From a virus (lineage: Duplodnaviria > Caudoviricetes), in IMG/VR virus record IMGVR_UViG_3300025011_000016: DNA of 64,000 nucleotides. The stretch is one strand, 5' to 3'. The notes beneath the pieces are model-generated. The model was not told the DNA's origin and searched no databases. It saw only the letters and a list, made by a program, of their open reading frames with translations. Shown piece after piece: positions 1-9,938 of the stretch. Each line of letters begins with the position of its first letter. The stretch's first letter is position 1. Position numbers and translations under genes: made by a program.

Positions 1-1
1 G

Positions 2-757
2 TCCACTACTCAAAACAATGCACCTACTGAAATCCAAACTATAGCACAAGTGGATGAACCTAAAATTACCGAACCCGTACTAATTAGTGAGTTTTATTAT
101 GTTGATACTGATATCCTCAATGTACGTAGTGCACCGTCTATTGAATCCGAAAAGATTACTCAATATGTTAGAGATCAAAAACTTGAAGTTATTAATAAGT
201 CGGAAACATGGTATCAGACTAAGGATGGATTTATTCATTCTGACTACTTAATAACTATAAATAAATATAATGAAAACATTAAGAAGTACGTGATATCTAG
301 AGGATCGTTACCTTTAGATTTTATACGTTCCACAACTTTAGACATACGGACCCGATCAAATCTAACTATTAACGATTTAAGGTTATTACTTAAAGATACT
401 GAATTAGAAGGAATTGAGAAATCAATACTTGATGTTGAAGATAAATATAAGATTAATGGTTTCTTTACATTAGCAGTTGCTCGTTTAGAAAGTGGTAATG
501 GCACTTCACCTATTGCTAGAGATAAGAATAATTTATTCGGTATGAATGCCTTGGATGGTGACGCATATGCTTCTGCATATAGTTATAAATCAAAATCGGA
601 TTCAGTACATTCTTTTGGTAAAACCATAAAGACACGTTATATTGATAATGGGACTATATGTATATCTGAAATAAATCCTATATACTGTAGTAATTCCGAC
701 TGGGGAATTATAATAATTAAACTTATAAAGGAGGATTACGAACGTGTAAAAAGATAA
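2..757 (+). CDS. SH3b-domain glucosaminidase (cell-wall hydrolase), 5'-truncated by the window edge
   Basis: Frame is open from base 2. SH3b-like segment (LNVRSAPS...WY..KDGFIHSDYL) is followed by GH73/glucosaminidase motifs (LAVARLESGNG, NNLFGMNA). Confidence 0.8.
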   Translation, partial: STTQNNAPTEIQTIAQVDEPKITEPVLISEFYYVDTDILNVRSAPSIESEKITQYVRDQKLEVINKSETWYQTKDGFIHSDYLITINKYNENIKKYVISRGSLPLDFIRSTTLDIRTRSNLTINDLRLLLKDTELEGIEKSILDVEDKYKINGFFTLAVARLESGNGTSPIARDKNNLFGMNALDGDAYASAYSYKSKSDSVHSFGKTIKTRYIDNGTICISEINPIYCSNSDWGIIIIKLIKEDYERVKR

Positions 758-770
758 CGTTAATTTCAAT

Positions 771-780
771 TATATATTAT
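771..780 (+). promoter_or_regulatory. Putative early (virion RNAP-type) promoter motif TATATATTAT
   Basis: Same 10-mer recurs upstream of non-structural genes at 36542, 41839, 47122, 49600, 50286, 51052 and 52987. It resembles the phiKZ early consensus TATATTAC. Confidence 0.55.
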
Positions 781-846
781 TAAGACAGATAATATAAAGT
801 TATATTTCCCATAACAAAAGATTAATAAAAGTAGGAGGTTGTTGTA

Positions 847-1437
847 ATGAGTGTAAATCAAACTTTAAAGAAATCAAACAATTTACTCGAAACAAATGTC
901 GAGATCGATCCAGTTGGTGTTGTCTATAACATAACCGGGTCCGCAGTAGAGGAATTCCTATACAGCTATCTGGTAGATACATGTAAAATTGATCGTGTTT
1001 CAGGTGTACGGACTAATGTTGTCCGCGACGGATCAGCTCGTCCAGAAATGTCATTATACGTATTTATTGATGATAAGTCCAGGGATGTTAATACCGGAAT
1101 GCATAAAATTTCCTCGGCCCTTGCCAGTCGAATGGAAGAGGGAAATTATCAAATTTCCCCTGAGTTAAAAGAGGCAATGCAGCCTATTTGCAGAGATTTC
1201 AAGATCAACTCGAATCCAAGAGAACATGTCATTTACTTCAAATGTAGTATCTTCAAAGTTATCGGCATAATGTTTGCCGTCGATCCAAGAAGCCAAGCGA
1301 TTACAATTTCTGAAATCGCCCGGATTAAGAAACGGGATAGTATCTTAACTGTGATCAAAACAAACAAGTTCTTAGATCGGGAAGATTCTGGCGGCCTTGA
1401 TAAACTTCAAAATATTATTTCCCGTATCGAAGATTAA
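847..1437 (+). CDS. Hypothetical phage protein
   Basis: 196-aa ORF with strong RBS (AGGAGG) and a downstream terminator. Confidence 0.75.
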   Translation: MSVNQTLKKSNNLLETNVEIDPVGVVYNITGSAVEEFLYSYLVDTCKIDRVSGVRTNVVRDGSARPEMSLYVFIDDKSRDVNTGMHKISSALASRMEEGNYQISPELKEAMQPICRDFKINSNPREHVIYFKCSIFKVIGIMFAVDPRSQAITISEIARIKKRDSILTVIKTNKFLDREDSGGLDKLQNIISRIED

Positions 1438-1450
1438 TCGGATACTGAAT

Positions 1451-1480
1451 AAAAAGATATGTGGTAACACATATCTTTTT
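1451..1480 (+). terminator. Intrinsic terminator
   Basis: AAAAAGATATGTG-gtaa-CACATATCTTTTT hairpin followed by a T tract. Confidence 0.8.
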
Positions 1481-1505
1481 AATTTTTTTGTAGAGGGGAT
1501 TATGT

Positions 1506-1865
1506 ATGGCAAAGAAAGAAAAACCTGAAAAAATTAAATTTGAAATAGTTGAATTTATTGGATCTTTAAAAGAGAGTGATCAGCACGACTGGTGTAAACT
1601 GGTTGCGCGTATTGCCTGGAATGATAAACCACCATCCTTAGATATACGTAGTATGAATTTATCTGATCATAGAGCAGGTAAAGGTATTAGTTTAACTGAT
1701 GAAGAAGTCGACAAATTGATTGATTTATTATTAGAAAATGATTATGGATCATTGGAATTACTTGAGAAAGCTGTAGCTAAAAAGAGGAATCGGTTTACTA
1801 TAACTACAAATAATAATACATATCTTAATACAGATGAGAATTACGTGATCGAAATAAAACAATAG
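1506..1865 (+). CDS. YdbC/PC4-like ssDNA-binding protein
   Basis: IKFEIVEFIG...IAWNDKPPSLDIR...GKGISLTDEE matches the YdbC family pattern. Confidence 0.75.
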   Translation: MAKKEKPEKIKFEIVEFIGSLKESDQHDWCKLVARIAWNDKPPSLDIRSMNLSDHRAGKGISLTDEEVDKLIDLLLENDYGSLELLEKAVAKKRNRFTITTNNNTYLNTDENYVIEIKQ

Positions 1866-1871
1866 GGGCGG

Positions 1872-2972
1872 TTGGTGATTCCCTTGGATATTATCTTTAA
1901 TATGTTTAAAGTCAAATTTAAAAAGCTGGACGAATTAATGGATAAACATTGTTCTCATATTGGTAATACATCTAAGTTTAATATATTTATTAATCTAGAA
2001 TCAGTTATTAATAAGTTATCTAGTTCTAGTATAGATCAATATTTAAAAGTTAAAGAAGACAGATCGTTTGAGTTAATAAGCAATATAATTAATCTAGCTG
2101 CACATTATAGACTCTTCTTCACAAAGAATAAGGTATATTCAAAGGTTTATATTTATACAGGAAATCCATCTACTAAGCATTATAAAAATCATATAGTATT
2201 ACCTGAGTATAGATCTTATTATCAACATAAGTATTCAGGCGATCCAAATAATTTTGTATTAAATTCAGTATTAAACGAATCCATACCCTTCACTAAAATC
2301 ATATTAGAGTACGTGGAGGGTGTATATCTCATTCAAGGTGATGGTATAGAATCATCTCTCATACCTCACATAATAACGAAAGGTTCAGATGAGGAATATA
2401 TTAATTTCATTGTAACTACAGATAAGTACGATTATCAATATGCATGTAAAAACTTCTATATTATTAGACCAAAAAGAGATGATAGTTATGTTATCAGTAA
2501 AGAAAATCTTATTACTGAACTAAAACTTGAAAGTAAAATTGTTAATGATAAGAATATCAATGCTCAATATTATCCATTTATATTATCTATACTAGGAGAT
2601 AAATATCGATCGATTGAGAAATTAAAACGTATAGGTTTATCTACTATCATTAAGATGGTTAATAAAGCTATTAGTATTAATATAATTGGTAAAGATGTTT
2701 ATAACATTAATATTCTTTCAAATATAATAAAGGAAGAGTATAAACAATTACTACTCAATAATTACCAATGTATAGATCTAGATACCCAATTTCAATTATT
2801 AAATATAAAGGATTTATATACTATTACATCACAAGTGATTGATAAATTTGATAATGTATCATTAAAAAGGATAAATGATGAGTACTTTATTAACAACCCA
2901 TTATCTCTGATGGAATTAACAGCCGCTACTAAACTTATTACTAAACGAAGTAAAACAAATATATTTATATAA
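1872..2972 (+). CDS. FEN/T4 RNase H-like 5'-3' exonuclease-fold protein, divergent
   Basis: IVTTDKYDYQ resembles IVSGDKDLLQ; LSILGDKYRSIEKLKRIGLSTIIK resembles the H3TH motif. Confidence 0.5.
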   Translation: MVIPLDIIFNMFKVKFKKLDELMDKHCSHIGNTSKFNIFINLESVINKLSSSSIDQYLKVKEDRSFELISNIINLAAHYRLFFTKNKVYSKVYIYTGNPSTKHYKNHIVLPEYRSYYQHKYSGDPNNFVLNSVLNESIPFTKIILEYVEGVYLIQGDGIESSLIPHIITKGSDEEYINFIVTTDKYDYQYACKNFYIIRPKRDDSYVISKENLITELKLESKIVNDKNINAQYYPFILSILGDKYRSIEKLKRIGLSTIIKMVNKAISINIIGKDVYNINILSNIIKEEYKQLLLNNYQCIDLDTQFQLLNIKDLYTITSQVIDKFDNVSLKRINDEYFINNPLSLMELTAATKLITKRSKTNIFI

Positions 2973-2984
2973 GGAGTGATTTAA

Positions 2985-3218
2985 TTGCTATTGAGTAAGG
3001 TAAGTCTACCTAAACTAAAGGAACGTTCTCTTAAATTACATGATGATTTACTTTTCGATACAGGTTGGTTTAATTGCAGACGAATACGTAAAGAGTTGGC
3101 ACTGATAAGTGATGAAATTGATTATCAAGAGGGTCGTAAGCAATTTGCGAATAGACCTTATAGTAAACCAACTATGCTCAGAGCTGATGAGGTAGTCAAT
3201 TGCCCACCAAGAAAATAA
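2985..3218 (+). CDS. Small hypothetical protein
   Basis: 77-aa ORF with RBS AAGGAG and a TTG start. Confidence 0.5.
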   Translation: MLLSKVSLPKLKERSLKLHDDLLFDTGWFNCRRIRKELALISDEIDYQEGRKQFANRPYSKPTMLRADEVVNCPPRK

Positions 3219-3243
3219 TATATTTGAATGGAAGTGGATTATA

Positions 3244-3602
3244 ATGAATGAATTACATGATGTGGTTTTACTTGATCTAAATACAGACATTAGGTTTACT
3301 AAAGAATTAATTGATATTGCATTGGGTGCCGACCATATATCTGAATTAATGCGCTGTGGATCATGGTTTGGTGAACTCGGAATTGGAAACGACCCGTTGA
3401 TTATTGATAATAAGAGAATTGCTTTTAAGATTCTCAAATATTATTGGATTGGAAATATGCTATGGGCACTATTACTATTCTAAATACCCCTAGTGGTAAA
3501 ATCCTGAGTGATCTCTTTAATACGGTAAAATTTAAACCACAAGGATTTGATGATAAAAGATCCCCGAGAAAGATTCATATAACTAAATTTGTTGCATGTT
3601 AA
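3244..3602 (+). pseudogene. Frameshifted paralog of 3627..3992
   Basis: N-terminal part aligns with the downstream paralog (SWFGEL, IAFKI..YYWI). After a 1-nt deletion near 3463 another frame continues GTITILNTPSGKIL, matching GSIEILDTPKGKIL, to TAA at 3602. Confidence 0.65.
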
Positions 3603-3626
3603 TTTGAATGAAAGAGGTTTATTTTA

Positions 3627-3992
3627 ATGGCTAAAATTTATGAAGTTATATTACTTTATTTAAACAAAGATCATCAATTTACCAAAGAAGAAGTTGATAG
3701 AGAATTGAAAAGTAATATGCTTATTGTAGAAGCGATACAGCGTAATTCTTGGTTCGGTGAATTGATTTCTATAGGGGATGTGAAAGCCGATCCATTCTTA
3801 TGTAATTTCAGTAATATTGCATTTAAGATCATCCAGTATTATTGGATAGACAATATACTTGGCGGGTCTATTGAAATTTTAGATACTCCTAAGGGAAAGA
3901 TTCTTGAAGCTTGTATCAGTAAAGTACAATTTAAAATGAATGGTGTATTTAATACGGAACAATTTTTAATAACTCACTTTAATGCATATTAA
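3627..3992 (+). CDS. Hypothetical protein, tandem paralog family
   Basis: 121-aa ORF with RBS, paralogous to 3244..3602. Confidence 0.75.
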   Translation: MAKIYEVILLYLNKDHQFTKEEVDRELKSNMLIVEAIQRNSWFGELISIGDVKADPFLCNFSNIAFKIIQYYWIDNILGGSIEILDTPKGKILEACISKVQFKMNGVFNTEQFLITHFNAY

Positions 3993-3996
3993 TATA

Positions 3997-4030
3997 AATA
4001 AAGACTAAGCTTACATGCTTAGTCTTTATT
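3997..4030 (+). terminator. Intrinsic terminator
   Basis: 14-bp hairpin AATAAAGACTAAGC/GCTTAGTCTTTATT plus T run. Confidence 0.8.
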
Positions 4031-4087
4031 TTTTTTGTCTTAGTATACAAATATATAATAATAAATATAAAGGTGGATGATTTATAA

Positions 4088-5338
4088 ATGAATAATATGC
4101 CTACTGATATGAAGTTTTATAAATACATAGTAGAATCTTTTGTTATATTATTACCCGATGATCCAGTACCAATAGTTATAGAACCTAAACATATAACTGA
4201 TATTGCAATTGAACGTGATTATGATGATGATTACTATCCTATTATACGATTATCTACTATATTGACACCTACAGTATATTTTAATATATTAAAAAATAAA
4301 TTAGGTGTTAGGTTTAAACTAAGAATACAGAAGTTTATATATGATAAAAGTAATCAATTTCAATTTAAAACCGATGTGTTCAATAGAATATTTTCAGTTT
4401 ACTTAAATGAAGATACACCATTTATGAGTCAATCAACTTATGACGAAACTAAGAAGGTAGAGAAATCTGAGACTACTCCTAAAGATTTAAGTAATGAATT
4501 TACATTTTATTTATTTAATGAATGGGACCTTATTAATACAAGGCGTATAAACAATAAGATATTTTCTAATTGTAATATGACTGATGTTTTAACGCATATG
4601 CTCGGTATTAATCATTTCATCGAAGTTCTTATGACTCCATTAGACAATACTACTGTATATGAAGAAGTTATATTTCCTCCTCTACCATTCTTAGGAGGAT
4701 TATTGGCTTTAGAACAAGCATATGGATTTTATAAGAATGGATTATTATTATTCTTTGATGTTGAATGTACGTATTTTATTGATTTAAATGTTAAGTGTAC
4801 AGCATTTAGATTAGCTGAATATACACAAACTGTATTTAATATACGAGATTCTATCAGTAGTGATGTATTTACTCCAGGAAGTTATGTGGATGATATTAAT
4901 AAGAAATTTATTATAAATGTACTTCCTAATACTATACAAATGCATAGTCATTCAATTGTTACAGATCAGACTGAAGGTAATAATCTATTAATTATTAATC
5001 CAGAAACTGGTATTACAACTGACCTAAGAACAAATTCAACTGAACGTAAAGATGGGACATACAAAGTCATGGTCAATAAGAACAATAATGAATATTGTAA
5101 TTCTATGGCTAAATTACAAAGAAGTGAAAATAGTAAAATTATAACTCTCAGTATAGGAGATTTTGATACCGATGTAATTACACCAAATAAAGAGTTCTTA
5201 TTTGTATTTGAAAATCAAAAGATTAATACCGAATATGGTGGTAATTATCGTATTAGTAAAAATCATATTGTCTTTAATAAACAAGGTGAAGACTTTACTA
5301 TAAATGCTACATGTGAATTTAGAAAATATACAGAATAG
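4088..5338 (+). CDS. Putative virion structural protein (baseplate-hub-like, uncertain)
   Basis: 416-aa ORF with RBS, a near-consensus late motif (TACA-AATATA-TA at 4046-4057) and structural gene context. Confidence 0.55.
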   Translation: MNNMPTDMKFYKYIVESFVILLPDDPVPIVIEPKHITDIAIERDYDDDYYPIIRLSTILTPTVYFNILKNKLGVRFKLRIQKFIYDKSNQFQFKTDVFNRIFSVYLNEDTPFMSQSTYDETKKVEKSETTPKDLSNEFTFYLFNEWDLINTRRINNKIFSNCNMTDVLTHMLGINHFIEVLMTPLDNTTVYEEVIFPPLPFLGGLLALEQAYGFYKNGLLLFFDVECTYFIDLNVKCTAFRLAEYTQTVFNIRDSISSDVFTPGSYVDDINKKFIINVLPNTIQMHSHSIVTDQTEGNNLLIINPETGITTDLRTNSTERKDGTYKVMVNKNNNEYCNSMAKLQRSENSKIITLSIGDFDTDVITPNKEFLFVFENQKINTEYGGNYRISKNHIVFNKQGEDFTINATCEFRKYTE

Positions 5339-5361
5339 ATGAGATTAACTCTCATCTATTC
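5333..5361. terminator. Bidirectional terminator between convergent genes
   Basis: GAATAGATGAGA-ttaac-TCTCATCTATTC. Confidence 0.7.
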
Positions 5362-5373
5362 TCTTTTTAGTTT

Positions 5374-6516
5374 TTATTTAGTACCCATTGCTTTCTTAGT
5401 GCCTTTTTCATCAGGATCATTATCTACAGTTGAACCAGCTTCTTTAATTATAGCTTTTAATGCATTCATATAAGCTTTAAATCGCTCTTCTAAAACTGTC
5501 ATTAATGCAGATATAACTAATTGCTTAATCTGCATATTATTTTTAAGAAATATTAATTCAATAGTAGATAACCCATCATATTTTTGATTAACTTCATCTG
5601 TTTTCTTTTGTTCAGCATCAGATTTATTTACAATAGTGACTTCAGTATGATTAGTTTTTTTTGTCGTATCGGCAAGTTTCTTTGGTTCATCAGTAGTCTT
5701 TTCGGGCTGTTTAGGTTGATCGGCTTCAAGAAGGATAAAACTATCCAACTGAGCAATATCAGTTGAACTATAAAACGTATTTTCAACTAAACAGAAATTC
5801 TCTGATACTGGACGTGTCTTCAACACCTTTTCCACACGCTGAAATTCCTTTTCTGAAGCATCCATTAAAGCTTTAACCATGGGCTCGATGTCTTTCCCAT
5901 AATTAAAACAATAATTTTTAAATTCTATAACTTGGGTTTTTAATTTATCTCCTTCTAAGGCGATAGCTTCAACGCCTTTAGCATTACCACCACGATAATA
6001 GTTTTTCAATCCATTAGTCAAATCGTCATTAGCATCTAGATATTCACTATAAATATCCTTTTTGATTTCATCTAAATTCTTATATTTTTCTAGTGTTTGT
6101 TTATTAGACATAATCTTATCCGTTTGTTTCTGAATGGTGTATAAATCAGTTTTCAATCTATTTATTGGCATATTCCAAAAGGGTATCATTTGTATTTTAA
6201 GCTTACTATAATCAATTTTATCAAACTTATTAAAATTTGCATCCATCCAAGCTTTATTTGATTCAAACATAGATTTTGTTTTCTCCGAAAATATACCAAA
6301 GATTCTCTTAAAGAATTCAGCCAATTTTGCAAATACACCAGTAGTTTGATTACTAGCATTATTAGTAGCGACTTGGGCTTCTTCAAATAATACTTGATAA
6401 TTCTCTAATGTAGTAATAATAAAATTTGATTCATCTTCCATTCTATTAAAGATAGTTTCATTAAACTCTTTAGTTACAGTTAAATTATTCCTTAATACTA
6501 ATGCACAATAATCCAT
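5374..6516 (-). CDS. Internal head (phiKZ_IP-like) protein paralog 4
   Basis: Acidic N-terminal segment ending in xxE motifs, then an amphipathic helix (FAKLAEFFKRIF) shared with the three upstream paralogs. Confidence 0.6.
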   Translation of the reverse strand: MDYCALVLRNNLTVTKEFNETIFNRMEDESNFIITTLENYQVLFEEAQVATNNASNQTTGVFAKLAEFFKRIFGIFSEKTKSMFESNKAWMDANFNKFDKIDYSKLKIQMIPFWNMPINRLKTDLYTIQKQTDKIMSNKQTLEKYKNLDEIKKDIYSEYLDANDDLTNGLKNYYRGGNAKGVEAIALEGDKLKTQVIEFKNYCFNYGKDIEPMVKALMDASEKEFQRVEKVLKTRPVSENFCLVENTFYSSTDIAQLDSFILLEADQPKQPEKTTDEPKKLADTTKKTNHTEVTIVNKSDAEQKKTDEVNQKYDGLSTIELIFLKNNMQIKQLVISALMTVLEERFKAYMNALKAIIKEAGSTVDNDPDEKGTKKAMGTK

Positions 6517-7607
6517 TATGAATCACCTCTAATCGTTTCTATTTTCTTTTCAGGTCCACTAAATAGAGATTTACGAATAATCACTTTATATAACTTCATA
6601 CATTCTTTAATAGCATTAACCTTTTCAGTCATAACCGTTATACATATACTACCAATTTCTTTAGATTGAGTATATTTAAAATTAAAGAATGTATTAATAA
6701 CATCCATCTTCTGTAAATCATAATTATGTTCAACGGTATCATCTTTTGTTATTCCAGATGAATTGGAATTCATACTTATATGGTGCATACCTGTAACTTT
6801 AGTTGTATTTCGATAATAAGTTGATGCACTCTTTTCAAAGAAGTTTTTCATACTTTCAATGAGAGATATAACTCTATCTTTTTCTTTATTAGCATCGTTG
6901 AATGTCCTTTTTAAATTTGGATAATCATTAATAACTTTATCAAGATATGATTTATTAACAGTTATATCAATCTCATCTTTATCTACATTATTACGATAAG
7001 TTCTCTTAGTATGATCTAAGAATTCTTCAGATGTAATCTCACCATTAGCTCCAATTACTTTAGCTCTTACTTTATTCATAAAAGTTTCTGAAGTAAATTC
7101 TTCTCTTTCTTTAATAATATCAGCTTTCTTCATAGTATGAACTTTATCTAATTCACTATTGTAATCATTAATAACGTTAGTTACCTCATCCAATTTAGGA
7201 ATACTTGAACTAAATGTATACTCATATCCTTTAACTGTAAAGTCAGGTTTAAGATCACTAAACTTATCTTTATATTTAGTTAAGAATGAATCAAAATCTC
7301 CTATATAAGCATAGATAATCATAAATACGTTTTTCATGAATTCAATAAAACGATTTAATAAATTCTTAAAGAATTCAATAACAGAATGAATGAAATCACC
7401 CATTCCTTCAGTAAGAATATCAACATTCTGATCTTTTAATGCTAAATGAGTTACCTGAATATGATTTCTATTAATATCAAAATAATTTTCTTCTAATATT
7501 AAGAGAGTTTCTAAATGTGATTGAGTTACATCAAAATCTTCAATATAAGCTTTTGGTCTATTAGTTGTTACTTTTTTAGAAAATATATTTTCTAACATAT
7601 ATACCAC
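6516..7607 (-). CDS. Internal head (phiKZ_IP-like) protein paralog 3
   Basis: ILTEG|MGDFIHSVIEFFKNLL...KGYEYT pattern shared with its neighbours. Confidence 0.65.
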   Translation of the reverse strand: MVYMLENIFSKKVTTNRPKAYIEDFDVTQSHLETLLILEENYFDINRNHIQVTHLALKDQNVDILTEGMGDFIHSVIEFFKNLLNRFIEFMKNVFMIIYAYIGDFDSFLTKYKDKFSDLKPDFTVKGYEYTFSSSIPKLDEVTNVINDYNSELDKVHTMKKADIIKEREEFTSETFMNKVRAKVIGANGEITSEEFLDHTKRTYRNNVDKDEIDITVNKSYLDKVINDYPNLKRTFNDANKEKDRVISLIESMKNFFEKSASTYYRNTTKVTGMHHISMNSNSSGITKDDTVEHNYDLQKMDVINTFFNFKYTQSKEIGSICITVMTEKVNAIKECMKLYKVIIRKSLFSGPEKKIETIRGDS

Positions 7608-7626
7608 TCCTTTTATACATAATCAT

Positions 7627-7638
7627 TATTAATTTGTT
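7627..7638 (-). promoter_or_regulatory. Late promoter AACA-N6-TA
   Basis: AACA-AATTAA-TA on the minus strand ~20 nt upstream of the 7607 start. Confidence 0.65.
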
Positions 7639-7650
7639 TCAATAAATAAA

Positions 7651-7690
7651 AAAGTTATACTAGATGAATTAATTCATCTAGTATAACTTT
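7651..7690. terminator. Perfect 40-bp palindrome, probable terminator
   Basis: AAAGTTATACTAGATGAATT|AATTCATCTAGTATAACTTT. Confidence 0.7.
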
Positions 7691-7695
7691 TGGTA

Positions 7696-8769
7696 TTAGA
7701 GACTTCGTATAGCCGCTTCGAGGATGGAATTGGACGGGGTATAACCGTCAATACTGTTGAAAGAATCCTTAACAACCTTAAATCTTAAGAATGTTTTTAG
7801 AATCGATTGATAATCTCTCGCCTCTTCTTTATATGCATCAATTTCAACACGGGCGATAGTCGATACTAAAGTTATAGTAAATCGCATCATCTCACTCGAA
7901 TGCCCAACAAATGGTGCAATTTTTGAGTAATCGTCACCTTTAAATTTATTTGCAGCTTGATTAATTGCTGTGATTGAGCGGTTGATAAGAGTAGTCGCCT
8001 TTTTTTCCTTTTCAGTTATAACATTAATAGTCTTATCTTTATTTTTCAAAGAAGTCATCATCTCTTCTCTGGTAGGTCCATTAAATGATTCAAATTCTTG
8101 TTTTTCAGTTTCATTATTCCGACATGCCTTTTTGAGATTATCCTGGAACTCACTCAAAGATTCAGCACCTAGAACCTTGAGAAGCTCTTCTTTCGAATTT
8201 TCGGCGTTATACTCTGACTGAAGTGTATCTTTATGTTTGGTTAACGCATCTTGATGTGCTGAAGATGAGACAGCGTTTCCCTCAATATCTTTAGCATAAT
8301 CCTCATGCGCCTTTGCAATCTTCCCAAGCTTATCAGATACTGCACTCTGTGCACTTTCAATAGTGTATTTAAATCCTTTATATTTAAACCCCTTGGGGTT
8401 TTTGCCACGAATTTCAGTTTCAAATTTGGTAACAAACTCTTTACCTGAAGAAAATATGAGACTTAGAGCCCGGCGAACAACCTCATACCAAGATTTGAGT
8501 TTATCCATTAACGTTTTAAACATACTCTTTATCCGCGTCCACATGTCAGTGGCAAATCCTTCTAATAGAATATCTACCGTCGAGGTCCCTTCAAATACGG
8601 ATTCCTCCATCATAACATCCGAAATGTACATACCCGCCCGTATTTGATAAGATTCTTTCGCCGATTCTGTAATAATTAGATCATGACCTTCGGATGTTGG
8701 AATAGTATTAGGATAAATTATACTATCTTGACTGGATTGAATATTTTCCCGTTTACTGAAAATAGACAT
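7696..8769 (-). CDS. Internal head (phiKZ_IP-like) protein paralog 2
   Basis: ILLEG|FATDMWTRIKSMFK...SGKEF...GFKYKGFKYT, clearly similar to 8809..9864. Confidence 0.7.
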   Translation of the reverse strand: MSIFSKRENIQSSQDSIIYPNTIPTSEGHDLIITESAKESYQIRAGMYISDVMMEESVFEGTSTVDILLEGFATDMWTRIKSMFKTLMDKLKSWYEVVRRALSLIFSSGKEFVTKFETEIRGKNPKGFKYKGFKYTIESAQSAVSDKLGKIAKAHEDYAKDIEGNAVSSSAHQDALTKHKDTLQSEYNAENSKEELLKVLGAESLSEFQDNLKKACRNNETEKQEFESFNGPTREEMMTSLKNKDKTINVITEKEKKATTLINRSITAINQAANKFKGDDYSKIAPFVGHSSEMMRFTITLVSTIARVEIDAYKEEARDYQSILKTFLRFKVVKDSFNSIDGYTPSNSILEAAIRSL

Positions 8770-8808
8770 AACTTTATTTCCTCCTTCACTCTAGTTATAT
8801 TTATTTAA

Positions 8809-9864
8809 TTACGCTTCTTTTTTATAACGAAACGCGGCCATACATACAGCTTTATAATCATTATTACGAGCAAGAACTGCAGATTTCCAAGCCCCAAAAT
8901 ATTGAAGCGCGATAGTCTTTGCTTCACTAAAGGCGGACGAACGTTTTTGTGCTACAGCGACCATGTTATAATGCGCGGTACGAGTTGTATCAGCAATATC
9001 TTTTTTACCAGCATTAGTCTGATGCTCCCGTCCCATTTTATCAATTTTTGAAATTTCATCCTTAAATATTTTTTCACAATCTGCTTCAGCATCTTTTGCT
9101 TTCTTTGCTGCCGTTTCAGATTTAAGTGTATTGATAATGTCCCCAATATTGATAGGTTTCTCTTCTTTATCAGTTTCATCTTTGGCCCCATTGCGGAAAT
9201 GCCGATATAAGGCCTCAGTGTACTCATCTTTATCAAGATCATTTACACCACAATAAGTTCCTCTTAACTTGTTGAAAATTTCATCTTTAGTCTCATCAAA
9301 TTTCTCAATTTGAGATTCTATTTTCTCCCCACTGGTATAATTTAAAACAACAATGGCTGAGCTGGCAGTAGTTAAGAATGTGTTTGCCTTGTCACTACCG
9401 TCAATGTTTGTGTATTCAAACATCTTATATTTGAATCCACCAAGAGTTAAACCTCTCAGATCTTGTTCATGCTTAGTGGCAAAATCTTTGCCTGATTTAA
9501 ACATGTTGTCAAAAGCCCGAATGACTGAATTAAAAAACGCCCTGAGTTTACCAAGCATATTGGTAAAGAAAGCTTTAATACGCTCCCATACATTACCAGC
9601 CATACCCTCGGTGACGGAATTAAACTTCTCCATACGGGCATCGATTTCCAAAGCATCGGCTCCAGATTCTTGGAGGATTTTAACATCCTTCCGCATTTCC
9701 AAATCCTCCATGTCAAGCGCATGGATAGATTCAATAACTCCAAGTAGATCCTCATATCCTTCTTGTACGGCTAAAAGCTCGCCGTTGAATTCGGTATGAT
9801 AACCTTCATAAACAGGTATACTCACATCAGTATTTGTGGATGATTTTCTAGCGAAAATACTCAT
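8809..9864 (-). CDS. Internal head (phiKZ_IP-like) protein paralog 1
   Basis: SVTEG|MAGNVWERIKAFF...SGKDF...GFKYKMFEYT. Late promoter upstream and expression-type codon usage. Confidence 0.7.
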   Translation of the reverse strand: MSIFARKSSTNTDVSIPVYEGYHTEFNGELLAVQEGYEDLLGVIESIHALDMEDLEMRKDVKILQESGADALEIDARMEKFNSVTEGMAGNVWERIKAFFTNMLGKLRAFFNSVIRAFDNMFKSGKDFATKHEQDLRGLTLGGFKYKMFEYTNIDGSDKANTFLTTASSAIVVLNYTSGEKIESQIEKFDETKDEIFNKLRGTYCGVNDLDKDEYTEALYRHFRNGAKDETDKEEKPINIGDIINTLKSETAAKKAKDAEADCEKIFKDEISKIDKMGREHQTNAGKKDIADTTRTAHYNMVAVAQKRSSAFSEAKTIALQYFGAWKSAVLARNNDYKAVCMAAFRYKKEA

Positions 9865-9895
9865 ATTTTTAATCCACCTTTCTACATTATTTTTT

Positions 9896-9907
9896 TATAT
9901 TAATGTT
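9896..9907 (-). promoter_or_regulatory. Late promoter AACA-N6-TA
   Basis: AACA-TTAATA-TA on the minus strand upstream of 9864. Confidence 0.65.
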
Positions 9908-9938
9908 TAATGTTGTGATAATAAAATAGTCTACATTT

